Counted from the first letter of the stretch, positions 1-9,620 are shown. The stretch: 55,271 nucleotides of DNA from Sodaliphilus sp. (GCA_963657575.1 CAVKNR010000001.1:1-55271); one strand, 5' to 3'. The notes: generated from the letters alone by a model not told the origin. Numbers and translations are program-made.

Positions 1-192
1 GGTCTCGATGCGGGCACCCAGGGCCGTGAGGCAGCGCACCGTGGCCTCGATATCGGCGCAGGTGGTGTTGCAAGTGACGTGCGTCTCGCCGTTGGCGAGC
101 GCAGCGCAGATGATGAGGCGGTGCGCCATCGACTTAGACGCGATGGCGGGAACGGTGCCCTTGAGCGGGGAGGGGGTGATGCGGGCTAGCAT
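1..192 (-). CDS. aroA: 3-phosphoshikimate 1-carboxyvinyltransferase (EPSP synthase), N-terminal part; runs off the window edge
   Basis: Manual translation from ATG at 192 gives MLARITPSPLKGTVPAIASKSMAHRLIICAALANGET, with the AroA SKS-x-x-HR motif. It overlaps the aroB stop by 7 nt and is not in the ORF track. Confidence 0.9.
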   Translation of the reverse strand, partial: MLARITPSPLKGTVPAIASKSMAHRLIICAALANGETHVTCNTTCADIEATVRCLTALGARIET

Positions 193-1292
193 GCGGATGC
201 GTCTCCCTTCTGGCCGAGGCCCTCGGCAATTAAATCATGGAAGGTGGAAAGCGGCGTGCGGTCGATGCTGCAACGGCCAATGTCGTGCGGAATCACCAGA
301 TCGATGGTGTCACCGGCGCGTTTTTTGTCGTGCAGCGCCTCGGCAAAAATGGCGTCGGCGGAAAGCTCGCAGCGGGTCTTGAGGCCGTGGCGGGCGCAGA
401 GCTCCTCGATGCGGCCGGGCAGCTCGGCATCGCAAATCCCGTGCAGGGCGGCGGCACGCGTGATAATGCCCATGCCGATCGACACGCAGTTGCCGTGTCC
501 CAGCTCAAAGTGCTCGCAGGCCTCGACGGCGTGTCCGGCGCTGTGTCCAAAGTTGAGCAGCTTGCGCTGGTTGGTCTCGCGCTCGTCGGCAACGACCACG
601 GCGCGCTTGATGTCGATATTGCGGGCGATGATGAGCGCCACGCGAGCCACGTCCTGGTTGAGCAGCTCCAGCGTGAGCGGGGTCTTCTCGAGCTCATTGA
701 AGAGTTCCGGATCGGCGATTACGGCATGCTTGACGACCTCGCCGCAGCCGTCGGCGAACTGCTCGGGCGTGAGGGTGGCCAGGCATCCCACGTCGGCGAT
801 AACCACGCTCGGCTGCCAAAAGGCACCGGCGAGATTTTTGCCGGCAGCCAGGTCGATGGCCGTCTTGCCACCGACCGACGAGTCCACCATAGCGAGCAGG
901 CTCGTGGGGATCTGCACAAACTTACAGCCGCGCATGTAGGTGGCGGCCACAAAGCCGGCCACATCGCCCACGACGCCGCCGCCGAGCGCCACGATCACGT
1001 CGGAGCGCGAAAGCTCGTGCTCGGCCACAAATTCCAAGATGTTGATGTAGGTCTCGGCGCGCTTGTGTGCCTCGCCGGCCTCGAAGGTGCATATGCTCAC
1101 CTCGTAGCCTGCGGATTCGAGGCTCTGCTTAACGGGCATCTGGTAGAGGGGACCCACGTTGGTGTCCGTCACGATGACGGCGCGGGTGCCGCCGGCGGTG
1201 GCGCGAACGAGCGCCCCTGCCTGCTCCAGCAAAAAGGTGCCCACGTGTACCTGGTAGGGGCGTGCGGTGTCGATGTCGATGGTAATCGCCAT
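186..1292 (-). CDS. aroB: 3-dehydroquinate synthase
   Basis: GGGVVGD, PTSLLAMVDSSVGGKT, KNLAGAF, LNFGHS-x-GHA and DKK motifs. Confidence 0.97.
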   Translation of the reverse strand: MAITIDIDTARPYQVHVGTFLLEQAGALVRATAGGTRAVIVTDTNVGPLYQMPVKQSLESAGYEVSICTFEAGEAHKRAETYINILEFVAEHELSRSDVIVALGGGVVGDVAGFVAATYMRGCKFVQIPTSLLAMVDSSVGGKTAIDLAAGKNLAGAFWQPSVVIADVGCLATLTPEQFADGCGEVVKHAVIADPELFNELEKTPLTLELLNQDVARVALIIARNIDIKRAVVVADERETNQRKLLNFGHSAGHAVEACEHFELGHGNCVSIGMGIITRAAALHGICDAELPGRIEELCARHGLKTRCELSADAIFAEALHDKKRAGDTIDLVIPHDIGRCSIDRTPLSTFHDLIAEGLGQKGDASAC

Positions 1293-1329
1293 AAGCTATG
1301 GTCCTTTCGACCTGGCGTGATGGGGTGGT

Positions 1330-2244
1330 CTAATGGGCGCTCTCGTCGTCGAGTGCGCGCTTGATGCGATCGCCCTCGGCAAGGAGATTCTCCAGATAGC
1401 GCTGGTCGCGGTCTTTGAGTGCGCGGCTGTAGGCGCCGAGCGAATCGATCAGATGGTCGATCTCGAAGGCAAGCGCGTCGGCGTCGTCGATCATGAGCTC
1501 GGACCACATTTGCGGGTTGAGGTGGGCCACGCGCGTAAGGTCGCGGTAGCTACCGGCCGAAAAGCCGTGGTGGACCTGGGCGGTGGGGCTCTTTACGTAG
1601 GCGTTGGACACCACGTGTGCGAGCTGGCTCGTAAAGGCGATCACGCGGTCGTGTTCGGCGGCGGTGGTCACGCTGAACTTGCCAAACTCCAAGGGACGCA
1701 CCATTTCGCGCACCTGGCCCAAAAGCTCCAACTTGAGCGCATCGTCCACCGCGGGCGGTACGAGCACCAGCGGGGCGCCCTGGAACAGGTCGGCGCGGGA
1801 GTGTGCATAGCCCGAGAACTGGGTGCCCGCCATGGGGTGCGCGCCCACAAAGTAAAAGCCGTGCTCGCGGGCAAGCTCAAAGGCGCGTTCGCACACAATG
1901 CCCTTGACGCCCACGGTGTCGATCACCACGGGACCCATGATGGCGTCGGTGTCGGTGGCATCGGCGAGCGCCTGGGCGTGCGCCTCGAGCCACTCGATGC
2001 ATGCCTCGGGATAGCAGGCGAGGACGATGATGTCGCATTCGCCGAGTGTCTTGTCGTTGAGCTCGCCGGCAACGGTGCCCATGCTGGCGGCTGTCATGAC
2101 ATCGTCATCGGGGTCCCAGGCCAGCACGCGGACGCCCGCCTGCGCATAGCCGCGGGCAAAGCTGCCGCCGATGAGGCCCAGGCCGACGATGCCGGCGCAC
2201 TTGGGGCCGCCCTGGTTAACGCGCGCGTTTCTCACCGTACCCAT
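1330..2244 (-). CDS. tyrA: Prephenate/arogenate dehydrogenase
   Basis: GIVGLGLIGGS Rossmann motif, HPMAG, HD-x-x-x-AFTSQLAH, and SYRDLTRVA. Confidence 0.92.
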   Translation of the reverse strand: MGTVRNARVNQGGPKCAGIVGLGLIGGSFARGYAQAGVRVLAWDPDDDVMTAASMGTVAGELNDKTLGECDIIVLACYPEACIEWLEAHAQALADATDTDAIMGPVVIDTVGVKGIVCERAFELAREHGFYFVGAHPMAGTQFSGYAHSRADLFQGAPLVLVPPAVDDALKLELLGQVREMVRPLEFGKFSVTTAAEHDRVIAFTSQLAHVVSNAYVKSPTAQVHHGFSAGSYRDLTRVAHLNPQMWSELMIDDADALAFEIDHLIDSLGAYSRALKDRDQRYLENLLAEGDRIKRALDDESAH

Positions 2245-2247
2245 GGG

Positions 2248-3270
2248 CTACTCCATGGTCTCTTGGCAGACGACCTCGCGGATGGCTCGGATGCGGCGCA
2301 TGGTGTCGTCGAACTGATCGGGGGTGAGGGCCTGGGCACCGTCGGACCAGGCGCGGCTCGGCTCGTCGTGGACCTCGATCTCCAGGCCGTTGGCACCGCA
2401 GGCGGTCGCGGCGAGCGCCATGGGCTCAACGTAGCGGGTGTAGCCGGTGGCGTGGCTGGGGTCGGCGACGACGGGCAGGTGCGACAGGTGGTGCAGCACC
2501 GGCACGGCGTTGAGGTCGAAGGTATTGCGGGTGCGAGTCTCGAAGGTGCGGATACCGCGCTCGCACAGGATGACGTTGTCGTTGCCCTCGCTCATGATGT
2601 ACTCGGCTGCCATAAGCAGCTCGTCGATCGTGCCGGACATGCCGCGCTTGAGCAGAATCGGGGTCTGGGTCTTGCCGACCTCCTTGAGCAGGGGGAAGTT
2701 CTGGGCGTTGCGGGCGCCGATCTGCATGACGTCAATCTTCTTGTCCAAGAAGACCTGCACGTCGCGTGGGTCCATGATCTCGGTGACGATTGGCATGTCG
2801 AGCTCGGCAGACGCCTCGCACAGCAGGTCGAGACCGGCGGGACCCATGCCCTGGTAGGCGTAGGGGGAGGTGCGGGGCTTGTAGGCACCGCCGCGCAGCA
2901 TCGTGGCGCCGGCGGCCTTCACGCGGCGTGCGATGCGGATGAGGTTCTCGCCCTCGACGGAGCAGGGACCGGCGATGACCTGGAACTGGTCGCCGCCGAT
3001 CTTGACGCCGTGACCGCAGTCGATGACGGAGTCCTCGGGGTGGAACTTGCGGTTGGCGCGCTTGAACGGCTCGGAGACGCGCTGCACGCGCTCGACGACA
3101 TCCATGGACTCGAGCAGGAACGGGTCGATCTTGGTCGTATCGCCCACCAGGCCGATAATCGTCTCATTCTCGCCGCGCGAGACATCGGTCTTCAGGCCCT
3201 TTTTCTCAATCCAGCTGACGATATGGCCGACGGCCTCGTCGCTGGCGCTCTGCTTTAAAATTGCAATCAT
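2248..3270 (-). CDS. aroF: DAHP synthase, type I-beta, with N-terminal ACT-like regulatory domain
   Basis: IAGPCSVE, RGGAYKPRTSPY, IGARN, LKRG, CERGIRTF and DPSH motifs. Start moved to ATG 3270 (MIAIL), preceded by a purine-rich SD-like GGTGAGAGG. Confidence 0.95.
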   Translation of the reverse strand: MIAILKQSASDEAVGHIVSWIEKKGLKTDVSRGENETIIGLVGDTTKIDPFLLESMDVVERVQRVSEPFKRANRKFHPEDSVIDCGHGVKIGGDQFQVIAGPCSVEGENLIRIARRVKAAGATMLRGGAYKPRTSPYAYQGMGPAGLDLLCEASAELDMPIVTEIMDPRDVQVFLDKKIDVMQIGARNAQNFPLLKEVGKTQTPILLKRGMSGTIDELLMAAEYIMSEGNDNVILCERGIRTFETRTRNTFDLNAVPVLHHLSHLPVVADPSHATGYTRYVEPMALAATACGANGLEIEVHDEPSRAWSDGAQALTPDQFDDTMRRIRAIREVVCQETME

Positions 3271-3433
3271 GGTGTGCCTCTCACCTCGATGGATAACTTT
3301 TGCAAAAACGGCCCGCATCGCGAGCCGTGTATATATGGTGCATGAGAGTTTATACTATCTGACTCGCTTTTGCCTTCTAAAGTGGGCCGTTGCGCCGCGT
3401 CTTCCTCGGAATTGCAAAGCTTTTTCTTTTATT

Positions 3434-3463
3434 TTGATAGCCCGTGGTGCACTTGGGTATAAT
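3434..3463 (+). promoter_or_regulatory. Sigma70-type promoter of the tRNA
   Basis: TTGATA (3434-3439), 18-nt spacer, TATAAT (3458-3463), 11 nt upstream of the tRNA 5' end; T-rich upstream. Confidence 0.75.
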
Positions 3464-3474
3464 GCCAAACGTTG

Positions 3475-3551
3475 GCCCTATTAGCTCAGGGGATTAGAGC
3501 GTCTGCCTCCGGAGCAGAAGGCCGTTGGTTCGAATCCAACATGGGGCACCA
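3475..3551 (+). tRNA. tRNA-Arg (anticodon CCG)
   Basis: Acceptor stem GCCCTAT/ATGGGGC, D arm with TAGCTCAG, anticodon arm TCTGC-CTCCGGA-GCAGA, T arm GTTGG-TTCGAAT-CCAAC, encoded CCA. Confidence 0.97.
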
Positions 3552-3562
3552 TCGAACGTAAG

Positions 3563-3596
3563 ACCGTCCGAACCTCGCATGGTCCGGGCGGTTTTT
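3563..3596 (+). terminator. Intrinsic terminator after the tRNA
   Basis: ACCGTCCGAACC/GGTCCGGGCGGT stem (one mismatch) followed by TTTT. Confidence 0.7.
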
Positions 3597-3627
3597 CTTA
3601 TACCGACGCGACGTGATGGGACGTGGT

Positions 3628-6351
3628 ATGGCAGCAACGGATATCGAGCGCGGACTCTCGACCGCCGAGGTCGAGGAGCGCATCGCCGCCGGTAAGATCA
3701 ACCGCAACATGGAGCTCAAGACCAAGTCGGTCAAAGAGCTCATCATCGAGAACCTCTGCACGCTGTTCAATTTGATCAACGTGATCTTGGCGTTCCTGGT
3801 CATTTTGACCGGTTCGTTTAAGAACCTGACGTTCCTGTTTGTGGTGTTCCTCAATACCGCTATTGGCGTCATTCAATCCATGCGGTCCAAGAAGATGGTC
3901 GATAAGCTCACGCTGCTGACCTCTAAGAAGGCCATCGCGGTGCGCGACGGTGCCGAGGTGGAGCTCGACTTGGACCAGATCGTGCTCGACGACATCATCC
4001 GCCTGGGGCGCGGCGACCAGATTCCCGCTGACGCCGTGGTGGTTTCCGGCGAAGCGCTCGTGAACGAGAGCCTGCTGACGGGCGAGAGCGACCTTATCAA
4101 GAAACAGCCCGGTTCCGAGCTCATGAGCGGCAGCTTTATCGACTCGGGCCTGCTGCGCGCTCGCGTGATCCATGTCGGCGCCGACAACTACGTGGCTAAG
4201 ATCAATAACGAGGCCAAATACGTCAAAAAGGTCAATTCCGAGATCATGAACGCGCTTAACGCCATCGTGCGCTTTGCGAGCATCATCATGATCCCGCTCG
4301 GTTTGGCGTTGTTTGCCTCGAGTGTGAGCGAGCTGTGGGATGCCGCGGGAACCCCGGGCGATAGCGCGCTTTCGTGGTGCTTCTCCGAGCTGTTGGCTGG
4401 TCATGTGCCTTCGTCGGCGCTGCTGTCCACGGTGGGTGCCCTGCTGGGCATGATCCCGCAAGGCCTGGTGCTGCTGACCTCGTCGGTGCTCGCCATCGCC
4501 ACGGTGCGCCTGGCCCGCCGCAAGGTGCTGGCACAGCAGCTCTACTGCATCGAGACGCTCGCTCGCGTCGACGTGCTGTGCCTGGACAAGACGGGCACCA
4601 TCACGTCGGGCCGTATGGAGGTCGAGGGCACGTATCCGCTGCCGGTTGAGGGCGTGAGCCTAGACGCCGGCTCGGACGAGGCGGCCGTTCCCGTCGATAC
4701 CACGGTGCTCGATTTTGCGCTGGCTAACGTCGCGCGTGCGACTTCGGCCGATGCCAACGAGACCTGCCAGGCGCTGCTCAACTATTACGCCGATCGCCCG
4801 GTCGAGGTGTCTGAGCCGCTGTCGGTCATTCCGTTCTCGTCCTCCAAAAAGTGGAGCGGCGCGTCGTTTGCGCAGGGCTCCTATGTGATGGGTGCGGCGC
4901 AGTTTGTGCTCTCTGATCGTGCGTTCGTCCAGGTCGAGAACCGTGTCGCCGAGCTTGCCGATACCTGCCGCGTGCTCGTGGTGGCGCGCGTGGACGGCTT
5001 TACACCCGATGGCGATATGGTGGGCGAGGCCGAGCCCGTGGGCTTTGTGACCATCCGCGACGAGATTCGTACCTCGGCGGCCGAGACTATTGGCTACTTT
5101 AACGAGCAGGGCGTGACCCTCAACGTGATCAGTGGCGACGACCCGCGTACGGTGTCGTCGATCGCGCGCGTGGTGGGCGTGCCGGGGGCGGACGCTTATG
5201 TGGACGCCACGACGCTCGATACGCCGGCCAAGCTCGATGCCGCAGTGGACCGCTACCATGTCTTTGGTCGTGTGACCCCGCAGCAGAAGCGCGAGCTCGT
5301 GCAGGCGCTCAAGCGCCGCGAGCACACCGTGGCCATGACTGGCGACGGCGTCAACGACGTGCTGGCGCTCAAGGAGGCCGACTGCTCCGTGGCCATGGCG
5401 GCCGGCTCCGATGCCGCACGTAACGTGGCCGAGATCGTACTCGTCGACAACGACTTTGCCTCGATGCCCGCCGTGGTGGCCGAGGGCCGTCGCTCCATCA
5501 ACAACCTGCAGCGTTCGGCCTCGCTGTTCCTGACCAAGACGCTGTTCTCGATGGGCCTGGCGGCGCTGTGCATCGCGCTGCCGCCGTACCCCTTCGAGCC
5601 AATCCAGATGACACTCATCAACTTTTTCTGCATCGGCGCGCCGGGCTTTGTGTTGGGCCTTGAGCCCAACAATGCTCGCGTGAAGGGTGCGTTTTTGAGC
5701 AACGTACTCAAGCGTGCACTGCCGGCGTCGATTGCGGTCATTTTGGCTGCGGCGCTCGATATCTTTGTGGCGCGCGTGTTTGGCTTTAGCCAGCTCACGC
5801 TGTCTACGATGTGCCTGCTTACGTCGTGCGCGGCGAGCGTCAGCCTAATCTGGCGCATCTCGCAGCCTCTCACGCCCCTACGTGTGGTGCTCTTTGTGTT
5901 TGTAGTCGCCGGCATCCTGGTGGGCGTTATCGGATTCCCGGAGCTGCTGTCTATTGCCAACCTGTCGATGGGCCAGATGGTTATCTTGGCTGTTATCGTG
6001 GTCTTTACCTGCTCGGTGTTCTTTAAGCTCGCCACGATGATGGATTCGCTCAAGCCGCGTCGTCGTCATGCCGCAACTGGTTTTGGCCGCGGTGTGCGCG
6101 TCCGCCTGGGTCGCGGTGGCGGCAAGGTGAGCTCGACGGGCTCGACGGCCGAACGTTTTGCCAAGCGCGTCGCCGCCGACATGGCGCAGCGCCGCGAAGA
6201 TCGCACCGCTCGCGAGGCCGAGGCCCGCGTACTCGAGGGCGTGGCCCAGGCCCAGCCCAAGAAAAAGAAGAGTACCGGAGCTAAGCGCTCTCGTGTGACC
6301 AAGTCCGCCCAAGGCATCAAAGTCTCGATGCCAAGCAAAAAGAAGAAGTAG
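3628..6351 (+). CDS. Cation-translocating P-type ATPase (CtpE-like) with a basic C-terminal tail
   Basis: TGES, DKTGT (phosphorylated Asp), SGD and TGDGVND motifs; multiple TM segments. The start could be 3613, 3616 or 3628. Confidence 0.9.
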   Translation: MAATDIERGLSTAEVEERIAAGKINRNMELKTKSVKELIIENLCTLFNLINVILAFLVILTGSFKNLTFLFVVFLNTAIGVIQSMRSKKMVDKLTLLTSKKAIAVRDGAEVELDLDQIVLDDIIRLGRGDQIPADAVVVSGEALVNESLLTGESDLIKKQPGSELMSGSFIDSGLLRARVIHVGADNYVAKINNEAKYVKKVNSEIMNALNAIVRFASIIMIPLGLALFASSVSELWDAAGTPGDSALSWCFSELLAGHVPSSALLSTVGALLGMIPQGLVLLTSSVLAIATVRLARRKVLAQQLYCIETLARVDVLCLDKTGTITSGRMEVEGTYPLPVEGVSLDAGSDEAAVPVDTTVLDFALANVARATSADANETCQALLNYYADRPVEVSEPLSVIPFSSSKKWSGASFAQGSYVMGAAQFVLSDRAFVQVENRVAELADTCRVLVVARVDGFTPDGDMVGEAEPVGFVTIRDEIRTSAAETIGYFNEQGVTLNVISGDDPRTVSSIARVVGVPGADAYVDATTLDTPAKLDAAVDRYHVFGRVTPQQKRELVQALKRREHTVAMTGDGVNDVLALKEADCSVAMAAGSDAARNVAEIVLVDNDFASMPAVVAEGRRSINNLQRSASLFLTKTLFSMGLAALCIALPPYPFEPIQMTLINFFCIGAPGFVLGLEPNNARVKGAFLSNVLKRALPASIAVILAAALDIFVARVFGFSQLTLSTMCLLTSCAASVSLIWRISQPLTPLRVVLFVFVVAGILVGVIGFPELLSIANLSMGQMVILAVIVVFTCSVFFKLATMMDSLKPRRRHAATGFGRGVRVRLGRGGGKVSSTGSTAERFAKRVAADMAQRREDRTAREAEARVLEGVAQAQPKKKKSTGAKRSRVTKSAQGIKVSMPSKKKK

Positions 6352-6454
6352 CTACGCGCCCTGCCGATGTTGAATTGGTGCCTTGTTCCTGTGGGGCCGT
6401 GGCGATGTTATGCTCTAACCTCGATTGTTTGAATTGCTTCGAAAAGAGGATGCC

Positions 6455-7597
6455 GTGATCTGCCCGCATTGCCTTAAGACTATCGAGGACGGCGCCTCGT
6501 TTTGCCCCTACTGCAACGCCTATGTGGGTCCGGGCGATGGTCCCGAGCACACCGAGTTCGTGTTCTGTGAGGGCTGCGGTGCCCGTCTTTCTCCGCATGA
6601 TCGCACGTGCCCAAAATGCGGACGCCCTGCTCCGGGTATCCTCTCCGAGGACGCGGCCGCATCCGACCTGGCAGCGGGCCGCACAGCGGGCTTTCCGCGC
6701 CTAACGCAAGAGCAGATCGATACCGAGGTGCCTCATGCGCCCGCCTCGGCTGCCGCGGTTCTTTCGGACGCCGCCGATCCTAACGAGACCTGCGTGCTGC
6801 CGGCTTTCGATAAGGATTTCGGTATCCCCAAGGTCGATATTCCCACGCCCGTTTCCCTGCATGACGATGCTCAAAAACCCAAGCGCAAGGTGCATCCCGA
6901 CGAGGACGCCTATCACAAGCACAAGCGTCATATCCCCAAGCCGCTCATCGTCATCGCGGTCCTTGCCGTCGTTTGCGGCGGTGCCTATTGGTTCGTGACG
7001 GCCGATCCCATGGGTGTCATGCCTGCCTTCTACGACCAGTTTGGCCAGGCTGCGCAGACGACCTTCCCCACGCGCCAAAAGGGCGAGGCGACTGAGGACG
7101 ATACCAAGCAAGACGATTCTGCCGAGGTGGTCCAGGAAGAAACCGTGCTGACCGATGATCGGCTCTATACCAGGCTCGACGGTCTGTATCAGACCATCGT
7201 GTCCTACGGTGACGAGGACCAGATCGGCGAGGTCATCGATTCCTTTAACAACGGTTATCTCCGAACGCCGCTGTCCACCCGTCAGGAGCTGTCGCAGAGT
7301 GCCTACGCCCTGCGCGACCAGATCAAAAAGACGCAAGATGAGCTCAACAACCTTAAGTATCAGGACGATACGGTCTATGCGGACGACATCGCCCACTTAA
7401 AGCAGCTTGCCGAGTGGATGTACGAGCGTGTCGACGTGATCTGCCAGAGCTGGGATATCTCGCTGGCCATTCCTGATGGTGAGTCGATGAGTTCCCACCA
7501 AAGCGAGATCCTGGCGCCCATCGCGCAGAGCGGCAACAGCGCGCTGAACCAGTACGACGCCAATGTGGGCTCCTGGAAGCCGCAGCAGCGTTCCTAA
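6455..7597 (+). CDS. Double zinc-ribbon, single-pass membrane protein (hypothetical)
   Basis: Four CxxC motifs (CPHC, CPYC, CEGC, CPKC), a Pro/acidic linker, TM LIVIAVLAVVCGGAYWFV and a helical C-terminal domain. GTG 6455 follows AAGAGGA. Confidence 0.8.
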   Translation: MICPHCLKTIEDGASFCPYCNAYVGPGDGPEHTEFVFCEGCGARLSPHDRTCPKCGRPAPGILSEDAAASDLAAGRTAGFPRLTQEQIDTEVPHAPASAAAVLSDAADPNETCVLPAFDKDFGIPKVDIPTPVSLHDDAQKPKRKVHPDEDAYHKHKRHIPKPLIVIAVLAVVCGGAYWFVTADPMGVMPAFYDQFGQAAQTTFPTRQKGEATEDDTKQDDSAEVVQEETVLTDDRLYTRLDGLYQTIVSYGDEDQIGEVIDSFNNGYLRTPLSTRQELSQSAYALRDQIKKTQDELNNLKYQDDTVYADDIAHLKQLAEWMYERVDVICQSWDISLAIPDGESMSSHQSEILAPIAQSGNSALNQYDANVGSWKPQQRS

Positions 7598-7635
7598 AAT
7601 TAGTTCGCCATAGTCGGCATAACCTACGTGCGCAA

Positions 7636-7665
7636 TTGATGTAAGCGCATGCTTATTGCTACAAT
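7636..7665 (+). promoter_or_regulatory. Promoter of the cyclophilin-TPR pair
   Basis: TTGATG, 18-nt spacer, extended -10 TGcTACAAT. Confidence 0.6.
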
Positions 7666-7704
7666 TCGTACAAATATGCTTTAAACGCACGAGGAAGGAA
7701 CCAC

Positions 7705-8247
7705 ATGTTTGGTTTTAAGAAAGAGCTCTACACGCCCGAGTATCAGCTTGCCGGCGACGAGTGCGCCGTTATCGAGACGTCGAAGGGTACCATCAAGGTC
7801 AAGTTTGACGGTGAGGGCGCTCCCATTCATGTCGCGAACTTCTGCGAGCTTTCCACGATGGGTTTCTATGATGGCCTTAAGTTCCATCGCTATGTGCCCG
7901 GCTTTGTCATTCAGGGCGGCGACCCCAATACCCGCGATATGTCCGGCGCCGACGTCGCTGCCGGTCTTGAGGGCCCTGACGGCATGCCCGGTACCGGTGG
8001 TCCCGGCTACTGCATCAAGGGCGAGTTTGCCACCAATCCGCGCAACAGCCATGTCGATGGTGCCCTTGCCATGGCACGCTCCATGGACCCCGATTCCGCG
8101 GGTTCGCAGTTCTACTTCTGCCTGGGTGCCCAGCATAACCTCGATTCCGGTTACACCGTCTTTGGTACCACGGTCGAGGGTCTCGATGTGATTTCGCAGC
8201 TGCGTGCCGGCGACGAGATCGTCCATGTCGAGATCGTTCACGAGTAA
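7705..8247 (+). CDS. Peptidyl-prolyl cis-trans isomerase, cyclophilin type
   Basis: FYDGLKFHR, FVIQGGDP, GALAMAR, SAGSQFY and YTVFG motifs. Confidence 0.95.
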   Translation: MFGFKKELYTPEYQLAGDECAVIETSKGTIKVKFDGEGAPIHVANFCELSTMGFYDGLKFHRYVPGFVIQGGDPNTRDMSGADVAAGLEGPDGMPGTGGPGYCIKGEFATNPRNSHVDGALAMARSMDPDSAGSQFYFCLGAQHNLDSGYTVFGTTVEGLDVISQLRAGDEIVHVEIVHE

Positions 8248-8258
8248 AGGGGATTTCC

Positions 8259-9563
8259 TTGAATAGCCAGCTGATCCAACAGGGCCGCGCCGCTTACCGC
8301 GCGGGTGATTTTTCCGCTGCAGCCCAGATGCTTGGGGCGGCAAAGACTCCCGATGAGATTATGGGCGAGGCCGATCACCTTCGTGGTAACGCCTTGATGC
8401 ACCTGGGCATGTATGCCGAGGCCGCCGAGGCCTACGCCGCCGCCCTCAACGACGGCACCTATGGCAAGCGCGGCGCGCTGCTCACCAACCGCGGCAAGGC
8501 GCTCGCCGCCGTGGGCGACTACACGACGGCCGCTCAGGCGTTCTCTGCTGCTACGCAGGACGCTTCTTATGCCACGCCGTTCAAGGCCTATCTGGGCCTG
8601 GGTAACGCGCTGTTCCAGTCGGGCGACTATGCCAACGCGGGTACTGCCTTCCGTCAGGCTGCCATCGATGGCGCCAATCCGGCTCCTGCCGCCGCGCTCG
8701 GCGAGCTCGGTCGTTGCTTCATCAAGCTCGGCCGTCCGGCGGATGCCGTGGAGACCTACCGCACGGCTATCGACTTTGCCGGCCCCCGCGACGACACGCG
8801 TGCGCTCAACGCCGGCATGGGTCAGGCGCTTTCTGCCGCCGGCCGTCCCTCCGACGCACTCGACGCCTTTAACGCTGCTACTGCCGATGGCATCTACCAG
8901 CTCACCTCCGAGCAGGCCGATGAGCTTGCCCGCGTGCACGATTCGCTTGCCGCGCTGTCTGCCCAGACGGCTATGGCCACGGCTCCGGCGCCCGCGATGG
9001 ACGCTCCTGCCGTCGATCCGCTCGATCCTACGGGCGCGACCGGTCAGTTTATGCCCGATCCCTCGGACACCGGCTTCTTTACGCTGTCCGAGTCCGAGAT
9101 GGTCCAGCAGGACCGTCAGGATCGTAAGCAGGCCAAGGTCCGTCGTCGCCATCGCCACACGGGTCTCAAAGTCTTCATCGTGCTGCTTCTGCTCATTTTG
9201 ATCGCCGCGGGCGGTCTGGGCTTTGCCTACACGCGCGGCTTTGGCTTCCCGTCCCAGGAATCTGTGGTTTCCGATCTGTTCCAGGCTGCCGGCGACGGTG
9301 ACACCGCAAAGGCCGAGTCTTGCCTGGCATCGAGCCTGTCCGAGGACGCTAAGTCGATGATCATCTCCTCGATTCCGCAGGGTGCCACCGTGTCCGTCGA
9401 GGGCATGGATCAGTCCATGACCGAGACGACCGCCAAGGTGAAGGCATCGCTGTCCAAGGGCGGCGAGCAGGAGTACACCGTCAAATTCGTGCGCTCCGAC
9501 AACCATATCGGCTGGGCCGTTTCCTCGCTCGATATGGATTTCTCGGCTGCTGACAACCAGTAG
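8259..9563 (+). CDS. TPR-repeat, single-pass membrane protein
   Basis: Tandem TPR-like helices in the N-terminal ~230 aa, a basic stretch then TM VFIVLLLLILIAAGGLGFAY, and a small C-terminal alpha/beta domain. TTG start after AAGGGGA. Confidence 0.85.
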   Translation: MNSQLIQQGRAAYRAGDFSAAAQMLGAAKTPDEIMGEADHLRGNALMHLGMYAEAAEAYAAALNDGTYGKRGALLTNRGKALAAVGDYTTAAQAFSAATQDASYATPFKAYLGLGNALFQSGDYANAGTAFRQAAIDGANPAPAAALGELGRCFIKLGRPADAVETYRTAIDFAGPRDDTRALNAGMGQALSAAGRPSDALDAFNAATADGIYQLTSEQADELARVHDSLAALSAQTAMATAPAPAMDAPAVDPLDPTGATGQFMPDPSDTGFFTLSESEMVQQDRQDRKQAKVRRRHRHTGLKVFIVLLLLILIAAGGLGFAYTRGFGFPSQESVVSDLFQAAGDGDTAKAESCLASSLSEDAKSMIISSIPQGATVSVEGMDQSMTETTAKVKASLSKGGEQEYTVKFVRSDNHIGWAVSSLDMDFSAADNQ

Positions 9564-9585
9564 TGACCTTATGGGATTTAGCTTT

Positions 9586-9620
9586 GCCCGGCGCTTCACC
9601 GCAAGTGAGGTGCCGGGCTT
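9586..9620 (+). terminator. Hairpin, probable terminator after the TPR gene
   Basis: GCCCGGCGCTTCAC/GTGAGGTGCCGGGC stem with only a short T tail. Confidence 0.5.

Noticed and set aside
3271..3430. Attenuator or T-box upstream of aroF
   Set aside because: I found no aromatic-rich leader peptide, T-box motif or terminator/antiterminator pair. The region looks like divergent promoters.
3475..3630. tRNA-Arg as an integration site for an island
   Set aside because: No adjacent integrase, no duplicated tRNA 3' end seen, and no compositional shift.
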